Assembly: GCA_003136635.1 (NCBI GenBank)
Contig: PLFD01000035.1
Span: forward strand, 13,984-77,983
Source of the DNA: a candidate division FCPU426 bacterium
Lineage (GTDB): Bacteria > Oederibacteriota > Muellerivitia > Muellerivitales > Muellerivitaceae
Direction: 5' to 3'
Length of the DNA: 64,000 nucleotides
Shown: in pieces, positions 49,432-58,917 of the stretch
How positions within the stretch are numbered: position 1 is the stretch's first letter
How the letters are laid out: each line of letters opens with the position of its first letter
Program-made: the position numbers and the translations under genes
The notes under the pieces: generated by a model
Seen by the model: only the letters and a program-made list of their open reading frames with translations
Databases searched by the model: none
What the model was told of the DNA's origin: nothing

Positions 49432-49503
49432 TTTGATGTCTTAAAGTGCAGAGCATTTCCCGGAATGTTCTACATTTTAAGTTTTTGAATAGGGAGGCCG
49501 TCT

Positions 49504-51345
49504 TTGGCTAGCGATGTCAAATCAACTTCAGTGAAAGTTCACCAACTCGGCTGGATTCTGGTTTTCGCTATTGTGTACGCGGACATCGGCACCTCGGTTT
49601 TTTACACTCCGGGCATCCTGTACGGCTCCATCGGCAATCTGGCCACCCTGGCCCAATTTATTACCACCGGCGTTTTCGTATCGATCGCGCTCAAGTACGT
49701 TGAGATTTGCGAAAGATGTCCGGACGGCGGCGGTGTGGTTTCCATCACCCGCAAAGCTTTCTCCGCCTGGGAATTTCTGCCTCTGGTTGGCGGCGCTTTT
49801 ATTACGGTCGATTATTTTCTTACTTCGGCCATTTCAGGCGTCTCGGGTCTCTATTACCTGTCAAGCCTGGCGCCCGAAACCAAACATCTCGTCATCGGCG
49901 CTTCCATGCTTTTATTCGCGGTGCTTATCCTCATCAATATCGTCGGCGTTAAAGAATCGGCATCTGTCACATCCAGTTTCGCGACGGTCGAAATTATCGT
50001 GACTTTCATTTTGATGGGGACCGCTTTTTACGTGATCACCTGCAATCCCTCTTATTCCTGGGGCGGCCTGTGGCACAGCGTCACCCATCCCGGCATTCCC
50101 CTCACCTTTCAATCCATCGCCATTGGATACGCCACCACCTGGCTGGCTTATTCGGGATTGGAATCGGTTGCCCAAATTTCCGGAGCGATGAAGGAACCGA
50201 TTAAACGGACTTCTTCCAAAGCCATGTGGTGGGTTATCGGCGTGGTCGCCGTCATTACTTCCCCCATGACGGCGGTCGCGCTTTATATTCTTCCGGACAG
50301 TGTCAAACAAAACAATTCGGATTCACTTTTATCGGCGCTGGGCACCACGGTGGGCGGACCGCTTTTGGGTTTGGCGGTCGTCGTCGCGGCGGCGGCGCTG
50401 CTTTTTATGGCCTGTAACACCGCTATCGTGGGCAATTATCATGTGAATGTCCGGCTTTCCGATTTGGGTTTTCTTCCTTCTTTTTTAAGAAAACGCCATC
50501 CTCGGTTAAACACACCTTATTTTTCCATCATTATTTCTGGCTTGGTCCCCATGGTGATTATCTTTATCACCAAAGCGAACGTGGACGCTCTGGGCGATCT
50601 TTATAATTTTGGACTATTAGGAACACTTTCCCTTTCTTCAATTGCCATTGACCGCCTGCGTTGGAGAGATGGCGACCGGAGTTTCAAGTTCTGGATCGGG
50701 GTTTTTACCACCGTAGCGCTTCTGGCGGCCTGGATCATCAACATGATTCACAAACCTTACGCCCTGCTCTTTGGCGGAACACTTTCCATCATTCTGGTAG
50801 CAAGCGGTATTTGGCACCGGATCGGCGCTTCCCGCAAGGCCCTGGAGAGTTTCGCTAAAGCAGAAATCAACGCCGCCGATCTTCCGGAAGCCTCCAACAT
50901 TCTGACACTTGAGGAAGCACACGAGGCCATGGCCATCGAATCCTCCCCTGTCTTAGTGGCCATCAGCCAGGTCAATGAAAAGCTTTTGGACGAAGTTTCT
51001 ATTTACATCAGGGGCCTGAAAAAGACGAATGTCTATTTGGTTTATATTGATGAACTACCAGGATTGTTTTTACCCACGATCATCAAACCCAGCGACGAGG
51101 CCGTAAAAGTATTGCTGGAAAACTGCGCCGAACTTGAAAAAAGAAAAATATCCGGTATTCCCATTTGGCGCATGGCCGAAGATGCCGGTACTTCTCTGGC
51201 TGAAGCCGCTAAAATTTTGCAGATCAAAACTATTTTTGTCGGTTCTTCAAAGAGAACTTTCTTTTGGAGGATGGTCAAAGGGCGTCTTCTAAAGCGGATG
51301 TCCGCCGGTCTTCCCGAATCAGTCAATATGATTATCGTGGGTTAA
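49504..51345 (+). CDS. APC-family permease with C-terminal USP-like domain (possible K+ transporter)
   Basis: ADIGTSVFY, PDGGG, DY.LT.AIS, YSGLES; soluble C-terminal alpha/beta domain with IFVGSSKR. Confidence 0.8.
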   Translation: MASDVKSTSVKVHQLGWILVFAIVYADIGTSVFYTPGILYGSIGNLATLAQFITTGVFVSIALKYVEICERCPDGGGVVSITRKAFSAWEFLPLVGGAFITVDYFLTSAISGVSGLYYLSSLAPETKHLVIGASMLLFAVLILINIVGVKESASVTSSFATVEIIVTFILMGTAFYVITCNPSYSWGGLWHSVTHPGIPLTFQSIAIGYATTWLAYSGLESVAQISGAMKEPIKRTSSKAMWWVIGVVAVITSPMTAVALYILPDSVKQNNSDSLLSALGTTVGGPLLGLAVVVAAAALLFMACNTAIVGNYHVNVRLSDLGFLPSFLRKRHPRLNTPYFSIIISGLVPMVIIFITKANVDALGDLYNFGLLGTLSLSSIAIDRLRWRDGDRSFKFWIGVFTTVALLAAWIINMIHKPYALLFGGTLSIILVASGIWHRIGASRKALESFAKAEINAADLPEASNILTLEEAHEAMAIESSPVLVAISQVNEKLLDEVSIYIRGLKKTNVYLVYIDELPGLFLPTIIKPSDEAVKVLLENCAELEKRKISGIPIWRMAEDAGTSLAEAAKILQIKTIFVGSSKRTFFWRMVKGRLLKRMSAGLPESVNMIIVG

Positions 51346-51368
51346 CCTTTTACCACAACATCCCAGGG

Positions 51369-52124
51369 TTATTCTTCGCCGTTGGTAAGCGATAACTCGG
51401 ACAGCGGACGCCAAGGACTCCTCAACGGAACCTGGTGGTATTTTTCTTGAGTCCAATAAACTTTATAAACTCCGGCTTTTGTTTTCGAGGAAATGGCCCG
51501 ATAGCGGTCACCCACTACTTCCAACGCCGCGCAATTATCCATCGCGATAGCGGTTCCATTGGTTTTTTTCATCATTTTCTTGAGCTCGGGTTTTCGGTCT
51601 TTTTCGGCGTCATAATGGGGGCATGCCAAAGCGTTGATAAAGCCCAGCCCCGTGACCTTGATAAGACCGGCTTGAGGATTGTGATATTTCCGGGAATCCG
51701 AATTACCCTGACGAAACCAGCAAATGGCCCCGGCGCTGGTGCCGCAGAGGACTTTACCCTTTTGACGCGCTTCCCGCAAAACTTTATCCACGCCCAGTTT
51801 TTTCCAGCGGTTCATCATCATGAGCGTATTACCGCCGCCCACATAAACAATGTCAGCGGCCAAAGTGCGATGACGGACATCCGTTAAAGTTGGTTTTTGT
51901 TTATAAAGATAAAGAACATCAACCTGACACCCCAGCTTGCCGAAGTGCGCCTGAACCATTCGGGCATAGGATTTATCGTCCGAACTGGCCGTGGGAATAA
52001 ATAGGAGTTTGGGTTTCTTCTTGCCGGACAAACGAATAATTTCCAGGCTAATGGGCATGACTTGCGAAGGCGCCGCACCCCACCCCATTTTACCCCCGCC
52101 GATAGCCACAATCTTTTGAATCAT
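51369..52124 (-). CDS. Peptidase E (S51 family)
   Basis: IVAIGGG, FIPTAS, IVYVGGGNT, GTSAGAICW, CPHY. Confidence 0.9.
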   Translation of the reverse strand: MIQKIVAIGGGKMGWGAAPSQVMPISLEIIRLSGKKKPKLLFIPTASSDDKSYARMVQAHFGKLGCQVDVLYLYKQKPTLTDVRHRTLAADIVYVGGGNTLMMMNRWKKLGVDKVLREARQKGKVLCGTSAGAICWFRQGNSDSRKYHNPQAGLIKVTGLGFINALACPHYDAEKDRKPELKKMMKKTNGTAIAMDNCAALEVVGDRYRAISSKTKAGVYKVYWTQEKYHQVPLRSPWRPLSELSLTNGEE

Positions 52125-52567
52125 GAACGGGGAGAGCGGACTTTCTTAAGAGCCAGAAGCATGGAACGATTGGAATAAATAATCCAGCCCAACGAAAGCG
52201 TTGAAAAAATAAACGAAAGAATGATCAGCCAATCCCGCCAGGACCAGGCCGGAACCCAGGGACTGTTGGATTTAACCATGTCTAAAAACTTCTTCAGTTC
52301 AGGATTGTTGGAATGAAGCCGTAAGCTTTCTTCAATCGCCACCACCGCTTCGGTACGGTTGGAATTTTGATAATAAGCCTCGCCTAAAAACTGGTAAGCC
52401 TGCCAAAAATCGGGTTTTTCCTGGATGGACGCGTGGAAATACTGAATCGCTCTTTCATAATCTTTTTGCTGAAACAGCCCGATTCCCGCGTTGTAATAAT
52501 CCTCCGCAGGTACAGTGGCCCAAAGCGGTGCGGCAGTTAAAAATAACAATAAAAATAGTTTCTTCAT
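52121..52567 (-). CDS. TPR membrane protein
   Basis: Signal peptide, two TPR motifs, C-terminal TM helix. Confidence 0.75.
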   Translation of the reverse strand: MKKLFLLLFLTAAPLWATVPAEDYYNAGIGLFQQKDYERAIQYFHASIQEKPDFWQAYQFLGEAYYQNSNRTEAVVAIEESLRLHSNNPELKKFLDMVKSNSPWVPAWSWRDWLIILSFIFSTLSLGWIIYSNRSMLLALKKVRSPRS

Positions 52568-52625
52568 GATTCCCCCTGAAAAATTGAAGGCTATTTTACC
52601 TATTCCATCGGCAAAATTGATCTTT

Positions 52626-53450
52626 TTAATTAGTACCGGGAGTTGTGTCTGAACTCGACGAGGGCATCAAATCCTTCATGCTCTCCAAATTTTGTACCGC
52701 ATTGGCGTTTCCCTGCAGCGCCGACTTTTCAAACCAACTCGCCGCATCGTCATAACTTTGAGAAACTCCATGTCCATTTTCGTAGCAAAAACCGATACAG
52801 TTCTCCGCCACCGCGTTTCCCTGATTCGCCGACTTTAAATACCAGCTCATCGCCTCTTTATAATCCTGGGGCACCCCCAAAGCCATGTCATAAATCAGAC
52901 CGACACAACATTGCGCTTCCGCGTCCCCTTTATTGGCCGCCATCAAACTCCACTTCAGCGCTTCGTGATAATCTTTGGGAACCCCTTGCCCGTTCATATA
53001 GAGGTTGGCGAGATTTTTCGCGGCTTGAACATCGCCCTGCGCCGCCGCCTTTTGGTAATCATTCAAGTTTTGGGCCGAAGCGGTGGTGATATGCGCTTTA
53101 AACGCACTTTTGATGCCGCCGTTCGGGGTACCTGTCTTCTTTTTTTGTGCCATGGTATTAGAAATCGTCGGTTGTGAAACAACCTGGGGTACAGCCGTAG
53201 GCTGAGGTAAGGCTGATGGGTTGTTACCTCTGCAATTACGCAGGAGCAGGATAATCACCGCTAAAACAATTAAAAAAACAACCGCGATCAGCACACTGTT
53301 TGACCGCTTTTTTTCATCCGTTTTTACAACAATAGATTCCTTAACCGCCGCCGTTTTCTTAACTTTTAACGTTTTTGATTTTTTCCTGGTTTTAGTTTTG
53401 CTGGTCGGTTTTGGCGCCAATTTCTCGTTCCTTTGTCCTCTTGTGGTCAT
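52626..53450 (-). CDS. Membrane-anchored Sel1-like repeat protein (start uncertain)
   Basis: Basic N-terminus, TM helix, three A..LG..Y..G.GV.QD...A..W..KSA.QG repeats. Confidence 0.82.
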   Translation of the reverse strand: MTTRGQRNEKLAPKPTSKTKTRKKSKTLKVKKTAAVKESIVVKTDEKKRSNSVLIAVVFLIVLAVIILLLRNCRGNNPSALPQPTAVPQVVSQPTISNTMAQKKKTGTPNGGIKSAFKAHITTASAQNLNDYQKAAAQGDVQAAKNLANLYMNGQGVPKDYHEALKWSLMAANKGDAEAQCCVGLIYDMALGVPQDYKEAMSWYLKSANQGNAVAENCIGFCYENGHGVSQSYDDAASWFEKSALQGNANAVQNLESMKDLMPSSSSDTTPGTN

Positions 53451-53559
53451 TCTCAAGAATGTTTTTTTGAACCCATTTCCATTAAAATAAGAAAAAAGGG
53501 ATGTTTTTATCCAACCAACTTTATAAACTAAATCGTCCAAACTTTAACAGGTATTCACT

Positions 53560-53883
53560 ATGCGCGGTATACAAAACAATTTAGCGAACCTTCAAATTAA
53601 TCAGATCGCCGCGGAGCAGGCGGCTCTTCTAGCCGCGAAAAACCAGCAAACAGCCCGTGTTCGCGCCGAAACAGCTGAAGAAATTTTAAAAGAACAGGAC
53701 AAAAGTAACGCCAAAAAAGATTTAACGACATCATCAACCGATCCGGACGGAAAAAAATCAAACTCGCAGGATTTTAAAAATATTCTTTACTCCAAAGACG
53801 GGACCACCCAAGCAAAATCAGTTAACCCACCTGATGAATCAACTCCAATTCCAACGGTAACACATATTGATTTTAAGGTTTAA
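53560..53883 (+). CDS. Hypothetical protein
   Basis: 107-aa ORF filling an intergenic gap; ends HIDFKV. Confidence 0.55.
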   Translation: MRGIQNNLANLQINQIAAEQAALLAAKNQQTARVRAETAEEILKEQDKSNAKKDLTTSSTDPDGKKSNSQDFKNILYSKDGTTQAKSVNPPDESTPIPTVTHIDFKV

Positions 53884-53943
53884 ACGTTAAAACATTTGGA
53901 GTGAATCGGCAGGAGTATATCTCAGCTCAAAAACAACGTGGCC

Positions 53944-56502
53944 TTAGCTTCGAACAAGTAAAATCTTCCCAGACAATAAAACAGCCGAAGCGTTGCTTTT
54001 GATGACATAAATATAAATTCCCGTAGAAACAGGTATGGAAGGCGTATTTCTCCCATCCCAATAGATATAACCATTCGACGGCAATAAACAGCTAAACGTT
54101 CCGCCTTGCTCAAGATGTCTGACCAATTCACCCGAAACGGTATAAATATCCATGGTCGCCCCAAAAGGCAACGGGCCCGCTTTCAAGACATTACAAACCG
54201 CATACTTTGGATTAAAAGGATTTGGCCAAACCGCTAATGTCGGAATTGGCGTGGGTGAAAAAGTAAATGTGGGAGTAACAGTTGGCGTATTAGTCGGTAT
54301 TGGAGTATTTGTAATGGTCGCGGTTGGACTATTGGTGGGCGTATTGGTCGCCGTATTCGTATTGACCGGTGTATTCGTGGCGGTATTAGTCGGTGTGTTG
54401 GTCGCCGTATTCGTCGGAGTATTGGTAGGTGTTAAAGTAGGCGTATTGGTAGCAATCGGAGTTGGACTATTCGTCGGCGTATTGGTGGGAGTAGCTGTAT
54501 TGCAAAGATTTACGTTGAGAGTAACCAAGTTAGAGGTGGCAGGCGAGTTCGTAACGTTACTGGCGGTCATGGTGAATTGGTTGTTGACCGGTGCCGCGAT
54601 ACAACCGACCGTTCCCCACCAAGTCACGGGGCATTCGTCGATCACCGAACCTGGGTTACTCCAAACCAGAGGGCCATTGGGCACGCCTGAAGTAGGCGCC
54701 ACACTAGAGCCGGAATAAGTAATTCCAGACGGAATAGCATCCGTAATTGTGTAATTCGCTACCGGGCCGCCGCTATAAACCTGAAGATTAGAGAAATAAT
54801 CAATCTGAGTCGTTGTGTACGCTTGCCAACCCTGTAACCAACCGCAGGAGCACCCCGAAATAGTCCCGGGGTTGTTAGGCACATCCGTAGAATCGTTGGG
54901 GTCCGTATAAACGAATGTAGCCGCATCCGCGGGAACACCGGTGGGCCAAAGAACAGCGGTATAAGTAATAGGGCCGCTCCCCGAAAACTGAACATTCACA
55001 TTCACTGTGTACCAATTTCCCACAATGATGGGAGATCCAGCAGCGGTAGGAAAAAGTGGAAGGTTGTCAGTTCCCATAGGCGTCGGATAAATCGCGCCGT
55101 CATAATTTTGATTTTTTTGAAAGTAAAAATAATCTGGAATGTTGTTTTGGGATATAGCGGCGACCATAGTGACTCCATAGGTTGGATTCACCGCCACAAC
55201 CATTGCGCAATCCCCGCTGGTCGCGCCCGGCGCCGCCAAAGGAATTTGCAAGTCGCCCTGGACCGTAAACCCGCCGCAAATATTTACTCCTGGTCCATTT
55301 CGGATCAGCGCCGGATAGTCTTGGGAGACGCCGGCAGAACTTAAATACTGGGTCGTGCCGCTAATATAATTATTGCCGTTTGAAACTCCAACAGACCATG
55401 TTCCCAGATCTCCATCGACTGCCGCGTATCGGGTATAAGCCGTGGTACCGTCATAGCCCAAGATGGAACCATTGGTCGTACCTACCGTGTCATTATCGTA
55501 GGAATCGTAATAATCGAGATTCAAGCCGGAGGCTAACCAACCGAGAATATAGGTTACCGGGTTTCCGGCTGAAGCCGTTGAAGCGGATTCGCTCTTAGTG
55601 AGCGTCAATGACGGATTTTGAACCGTTACCGTAGCAAAACTACTGCAAGTTGTACTGGAGGTCGTTCCTGTTACTGAATCCGTGATCACCGTCCCATTGG
55701 TAGTTCCAACGTTGACGCTGAGTAAAAGCCATGCCGTACCGGTTATCGGAGCCGCCGCAACTCCGCTATAGGGCATCCAAGTTACCGTCCCGGCGCTTAA
55801 GCTTCCTCCCGGGCTTATAGAGGATACGGTTGTATTGGCTGGTACCGCACTGGCCAGAGTGAAACTAGTGGTGTTCACAAAGGAGTAATTAAGGGTATAG
55901 AGAATAAGTCCACCCGGAGCCGTAGTGATGCTCCCGACTGTATCGGTTAGAGAACAACTTGTCGGCGGCAGGGGAATCGTAATTCCCATCGAAATATTAG
56001 TGTTGCCAGCGGCGCAGGAAGCAAAATATTCACCTTCCTGCACAACGATATTGAAGGAACCACCTGATGACAATGCCGCCGGAATGGTCACAGTGAAAAT
56101 TTGGGTATAGGGGTTGGCAACGGTTCCCGTCGTTGAAGTTCCCACCCATCCGTTGCTTGAATCAGTTGTGTCCTGCTGGGCAGAAACTACCGGATTCGCT
56201 CCCGTATTACCGGTGTTTCCATCCACCAGAAAATATTGATTGGGGGTAGCGGCACACACCATATTGCTGTTGGTTGAAGGCGTGATTCCCACAATCCAAT
56301 TGGGCTGTTCAAAAGTAGTTTCATTGTAAGTAACGGTAACGGAGATGCTGGAACCAGCGGCGGGATTCGTATTGGAAACATTGATAGAGAGAAGTGTCGC
56401 CGCGGCTAAAACCATCGACGGCAAAAACAAAACAGAAAGAGCGATAAAAATCGCACTCATCTTGAAACGATTTAAGAAAAGTTGACAAAGCTGTTTTAGC
56501 AT
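53944..56502 (-). CDS. Secreted multidomain protein (DUF11-like and lectin-like domains), Thr/Pro linker, T9SS-like C-terminal domain
   Basis: Signal peptide; [17 protein letters not shown]; TPTN repeats; terminal VWPNPF...[10 protein letters not shown]...WDGRN...STGIYIY...GKILLVR. Confidence 0.82.
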   Translation of the reverse strand: MLKQLCQLFLNRFKMSAIFIALSVLFLPSMVLAAATLLSINVSNTNPAAGSSISVTVTYNETTFEQPNWIVGITPSTNSNMVCAATPNQYFLVDGNTGNTGANPVVSAQQDTTDSSNGWVGTSTTGTVANPYTQIFTVTIPAALSSGGSFNIVVQEGEYFASCAAGNTNISMGITIPLPPTSCSLTDTVGSITTAPGGLILYTLNYSFVNTTSFTLASAVPANTTVSSISPGGSLSAGTVTWMPYSGVAAAPITGTAWLLLSVNVGTTNGTVITDSVTGTTSSTTCSSFATVTVQNPSLTLTKSESASTASAGNPVTYILGWLASGLNLDYYDSYDNDTVGTTNGSILGYDGTTAYTRYAAVDGDLGTWSVGVSNGNNYISGTTQYLSSAGVSQDYPALIRNGPGVNICGGFTVQGDLQIPLAAPGATSGDCAMVVAVNPTYGVTMVAAISQNNIPDYFYFQKNQNYDGAIYPTPMGTDNLPLFPTAAGSPIIVGNWYTVNVNVQFSGSGPITYTAVLWPTGVPADAATFVYTDPNDSTDVPNNPGTISGCSCGWLQGWQAYTTTQIDYFSNLQVYSGGPVANYTITDAIPSGITYSGSSVAPTSGVPNGPLVWSNPGSVIDECPVTWWGTVGCIAAPVNNQFTMTASNVTNSPATSNLVTLNVNLCNTATPTNTPTNSPTPIATNTPTLTPTNTPTNTATNTPTNTATNTPVNTNTATNTPTNSPTATITNTPIPTNTPTVTPTFTFSPTPIPTLAVWPNPFNPKYAVCNVLKAGPLPFGATMDIYTVSGELVRHLEQGGTFSCLLPSNGYIYWDGRNTPSIPVSTGIYIYVIKSNASAVLLSGKILLVRS

Positions 56503-56698
56503 TTCACCATCTCTTTATTTCAATCGTCCCGCTCAGAGATCTTTCATCCATAAACCCGCAGAGAAACGACGGCAAATGGGCGAGAGAATGGTCGAACTAA
56601 TTATATCCCAAACTATGTATTGTCATGTAAAAAGAGCCTGAAAATCGGGGTTTTGGGCTGTTAAAGGCTTAACAACCGGTTATGAACCGATTCTTATA

Positions 56699-57823
56699 TC
56701 AAAAAGGTGACTTTTGTTTTTCTTTCATGGCTGCCGCTTGTGCAGCCGCCTGAACGGCTGCCGCTTCCTGGTCCACCAGGGGCTGGAATCTCTTTTTCTC
56801 ATTGGATTTCAAATAGGCTTCCTGGGCCGTAATCTTGCCGTCATCATAAAATTTTTGCAGGCACTGATCCATGGTTTGCATGCCCTGCTTGGCGCCCAAT
56901 TCAATCAGCGAGTTTAAACCGGAAATTTTGCCGGTTCGAATCAGATTCGGAAGACTCTTGTTATAGGTCAATATTTCAACCGCGGCACAGCGGCCTTTGC
57001 CGTCTTTGGTCGGGCATAACTGCTGGGCCACAATGCCCTTTGTGCTGGAAGCCAAAGCCCCGCGGGCCTTATCCCGTTCATCTGAGGGGAAAACGTTAAT
57101 AATGCGGTCAATCGTCTTGGCGGCCGAGTTGGTGTGCAATGTGCCAAAAACCAAAATGCCCATTTCAGCGGCGGCGATAGCTAAAGAAATTGTTTCATAA
57201 TCGCGCATTTCACCCACCAGAATGATGTCCGGATCCTGGCGCATGGAAGAGCGCAAAGCCGCTTTAAACGAATGGGTATCGCGGTGAACTTCTCTTTGGG
57301 TCACCTTGCATTTTTTAACCGGATGAACGAATTCGATCGGGTCCTCAATGGTTAAAATATTTCCCTCACGGCTCTCATTAATGTCGTCAATCATCCCGGC
57401 CAAAGTCGTACTTTTACCGCTGCCGGTCGGCCCCGTTACCAGAATCAATCCCCTTTTGACCTTGCATAAATCCCGCACCGCCTGGGGCATACCCAATTGA
57501 TCCAACGTTAAAATTTTCGTGGGAATAGTTCTAAAGACCGCCGCGATACCCTGCTGGTTGAAAAATACGTTACAGCGAAAACGGGCGACCCCCGGCACTT
57601 CATAGGCATAGTCATAATCGTGTCTCTGCCAGCACAACTGCCACTGTTCGGGACTCATGGTTTCGTAAATAAGACCTTGAAGAACCTGCTCGGTCATAAT
57701 CCAATCCGCCAAAGGTTCCAGGTCGCCTTTAATTCTCAATAAAGGCGTATTACCCACAGTCAAATGCATATCCGAGGCTTTACGATCCACCATGGTCTGG
57801 AAAAGCTGGTCGATTGCCGCCAT
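56699..57823 (-). CDS. pilT: Type IV pilus retraction ATPase (PilT/PilU family)
   Basis: ASDMHL, GPTGSGKSTT, TIEDPIE, RQDPDIILVGEMRD, TLHT. Confidence 0.88.
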   Translation of the reverse strand: MAAIDQLFQTMVDRKASDMHLTVGNTPLLRIKGDLEPLADWIMTEQVLQGLIYETMSPEQWQLCWQRHDYDYAYEVPGVARFRCNVFFNQQGIAAVFRTIPTKILTLDQLGMPQAVRDLCKVKRGLILVTGPTGSGKSTTLAGMIDDINESREGNILTIEDPIEFVHPVKKCKVTQREVHRDTHSFKAALRSSMRQDPDIILVGEMRDYETISLAIAAAEMGILVFGTLHTNSAAKTIDRIINVFPSDERDKARGALASSTKGIVAQQLCPTKDGKGRCAAVEILTYNKSLPNLIRTGKISGLNSLIELGAKQGMQTMDQCLQKFYDDGKITAQEAYLKSNEKKRFQPLVDQEAAAVQAAAQAAAMKEKQKSPF

Positions 57824-58857
57824 TAGCTTTCCTCCAGCAAAACTTCATCCATCTGGGCCTGGGTTATTTTTTTCGCGGCCACCATATCCCGAAGCGCCGT
57901 TTCCATCGTTTGCATTCCAACACCCGCGCCCGTCGAAATCATTGAGGGAATTTTGAAATAGTCCCCTTCCCGAATAATGTTGGCCATCGCGAAAGTATTC
58001 ACCAGCACTTCAAAAGCCGGCACCATGGCGGTTCCCTCGGCGTTGATCAAAAGCCGCTGGGAAATAACTCCCACCAAACTTTCAGAAACGCTGGCAACCG
58101 CCTGGGATTGTTCGGACGCGGGAAAAAGATTGACCACACGGGAAATGGTGGCCGCCGCTGAGCCTGTGTGTAAAGTGCCGATGACCAAATGACCCGTTTC
58201 CGCCGCGGTTAAAGCCAAACTCATGGTTTCATAATCGCGCATTTCCCCGACCATGATGATATCCGGGTCCTCGCGCAAAGCGCTGCGCAAGGCGGAAGCG
58301 AAGGTTTCGGTGTGAGGGCCTACACTGCGCTGATTGACCAGCGAAAGTTTGCGGCCGTGAATGTATTCGATGGGATCTTCAATTGTGATGATGTGTTCTG
58401 AACTTTCGGAATTCATATAGTCCACCAGCGCTGCGCAGGTGGTGGATTTGCCTGAACGTCCGGGACCAGTGATGAGAATGAGGCCCTGATTGGCATCCGC
58501 GAACTTTTTGAGAATCAGCGGCAGACCCAGCTCTTCCATCGATAAAATTCTGGACCCGAAATGACGGAAAACCGCGTCCAGGCCTTTTCGCTGGCGGTAA
58601 ACATTCACGCGAAAGCGCTCGCCATTTTCCATGGCATAGGCCGTATCCACTTCCAAATCGTCCTTCAATTTGGCCTGGGTTCTTTCGTCCAGAATTTCCA
58701 TGAGAAGTTGTTCACATACCTCAGCCGTCAGCGGCTGTGGGGTAATGGGCTGTAACCTGCCCAATTGGCGCACAAACACAGGGGATTCGGAGGCAATATG
58801 AAGGTCCGACCCTTTGCGCTGAATGCAGGCGGTTAGATATTTGTCGATTTGGGCCAT
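57823..58857 (-). CDS. PilT/PilU family ATPase with a variant Walker A
   Basis: SDLHI, GPGRSGKSTT, TIEDPIE, LREDPDIIMVGEMRD, AETGHLV..TLHT. Confidence 0.88.
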   Translation of the reverse strand: MAQIDKYLTACIQRKGSDLHIASESPVFVRQLGRLQPITPQPLTAEVCEQLLMEILDERTQAKLKDDLEVDTAYAMENGERFRVNVYRQRKGLDAVFRHFGSRILSMEELGLPLILKKFADANQGLILITGPGRSGKSTTCAALVDYMNSESSEHIITIEDPIEYIHGRKLSLVNQRSVGPHTETFASALRSALREDPDIIMVGEMRDYETMSLALTAAETGHLVIGTLHTGSAAATISRVVNLFPASEQSQAVASVSESLVGVISQRLLINAEGTAMVPAFEVLVNTFAMANIIREGDYFKIPSMISTGAGVGMQTMETALRDMVAAKKITQAQMDEVLLEES

Positions 58858-58917
58858 AGCTCGTTCTAAAGAAAGTAGTAGAAGCGCTGCACCACTAAAT
58901 TATATCGAAGGACTAGA

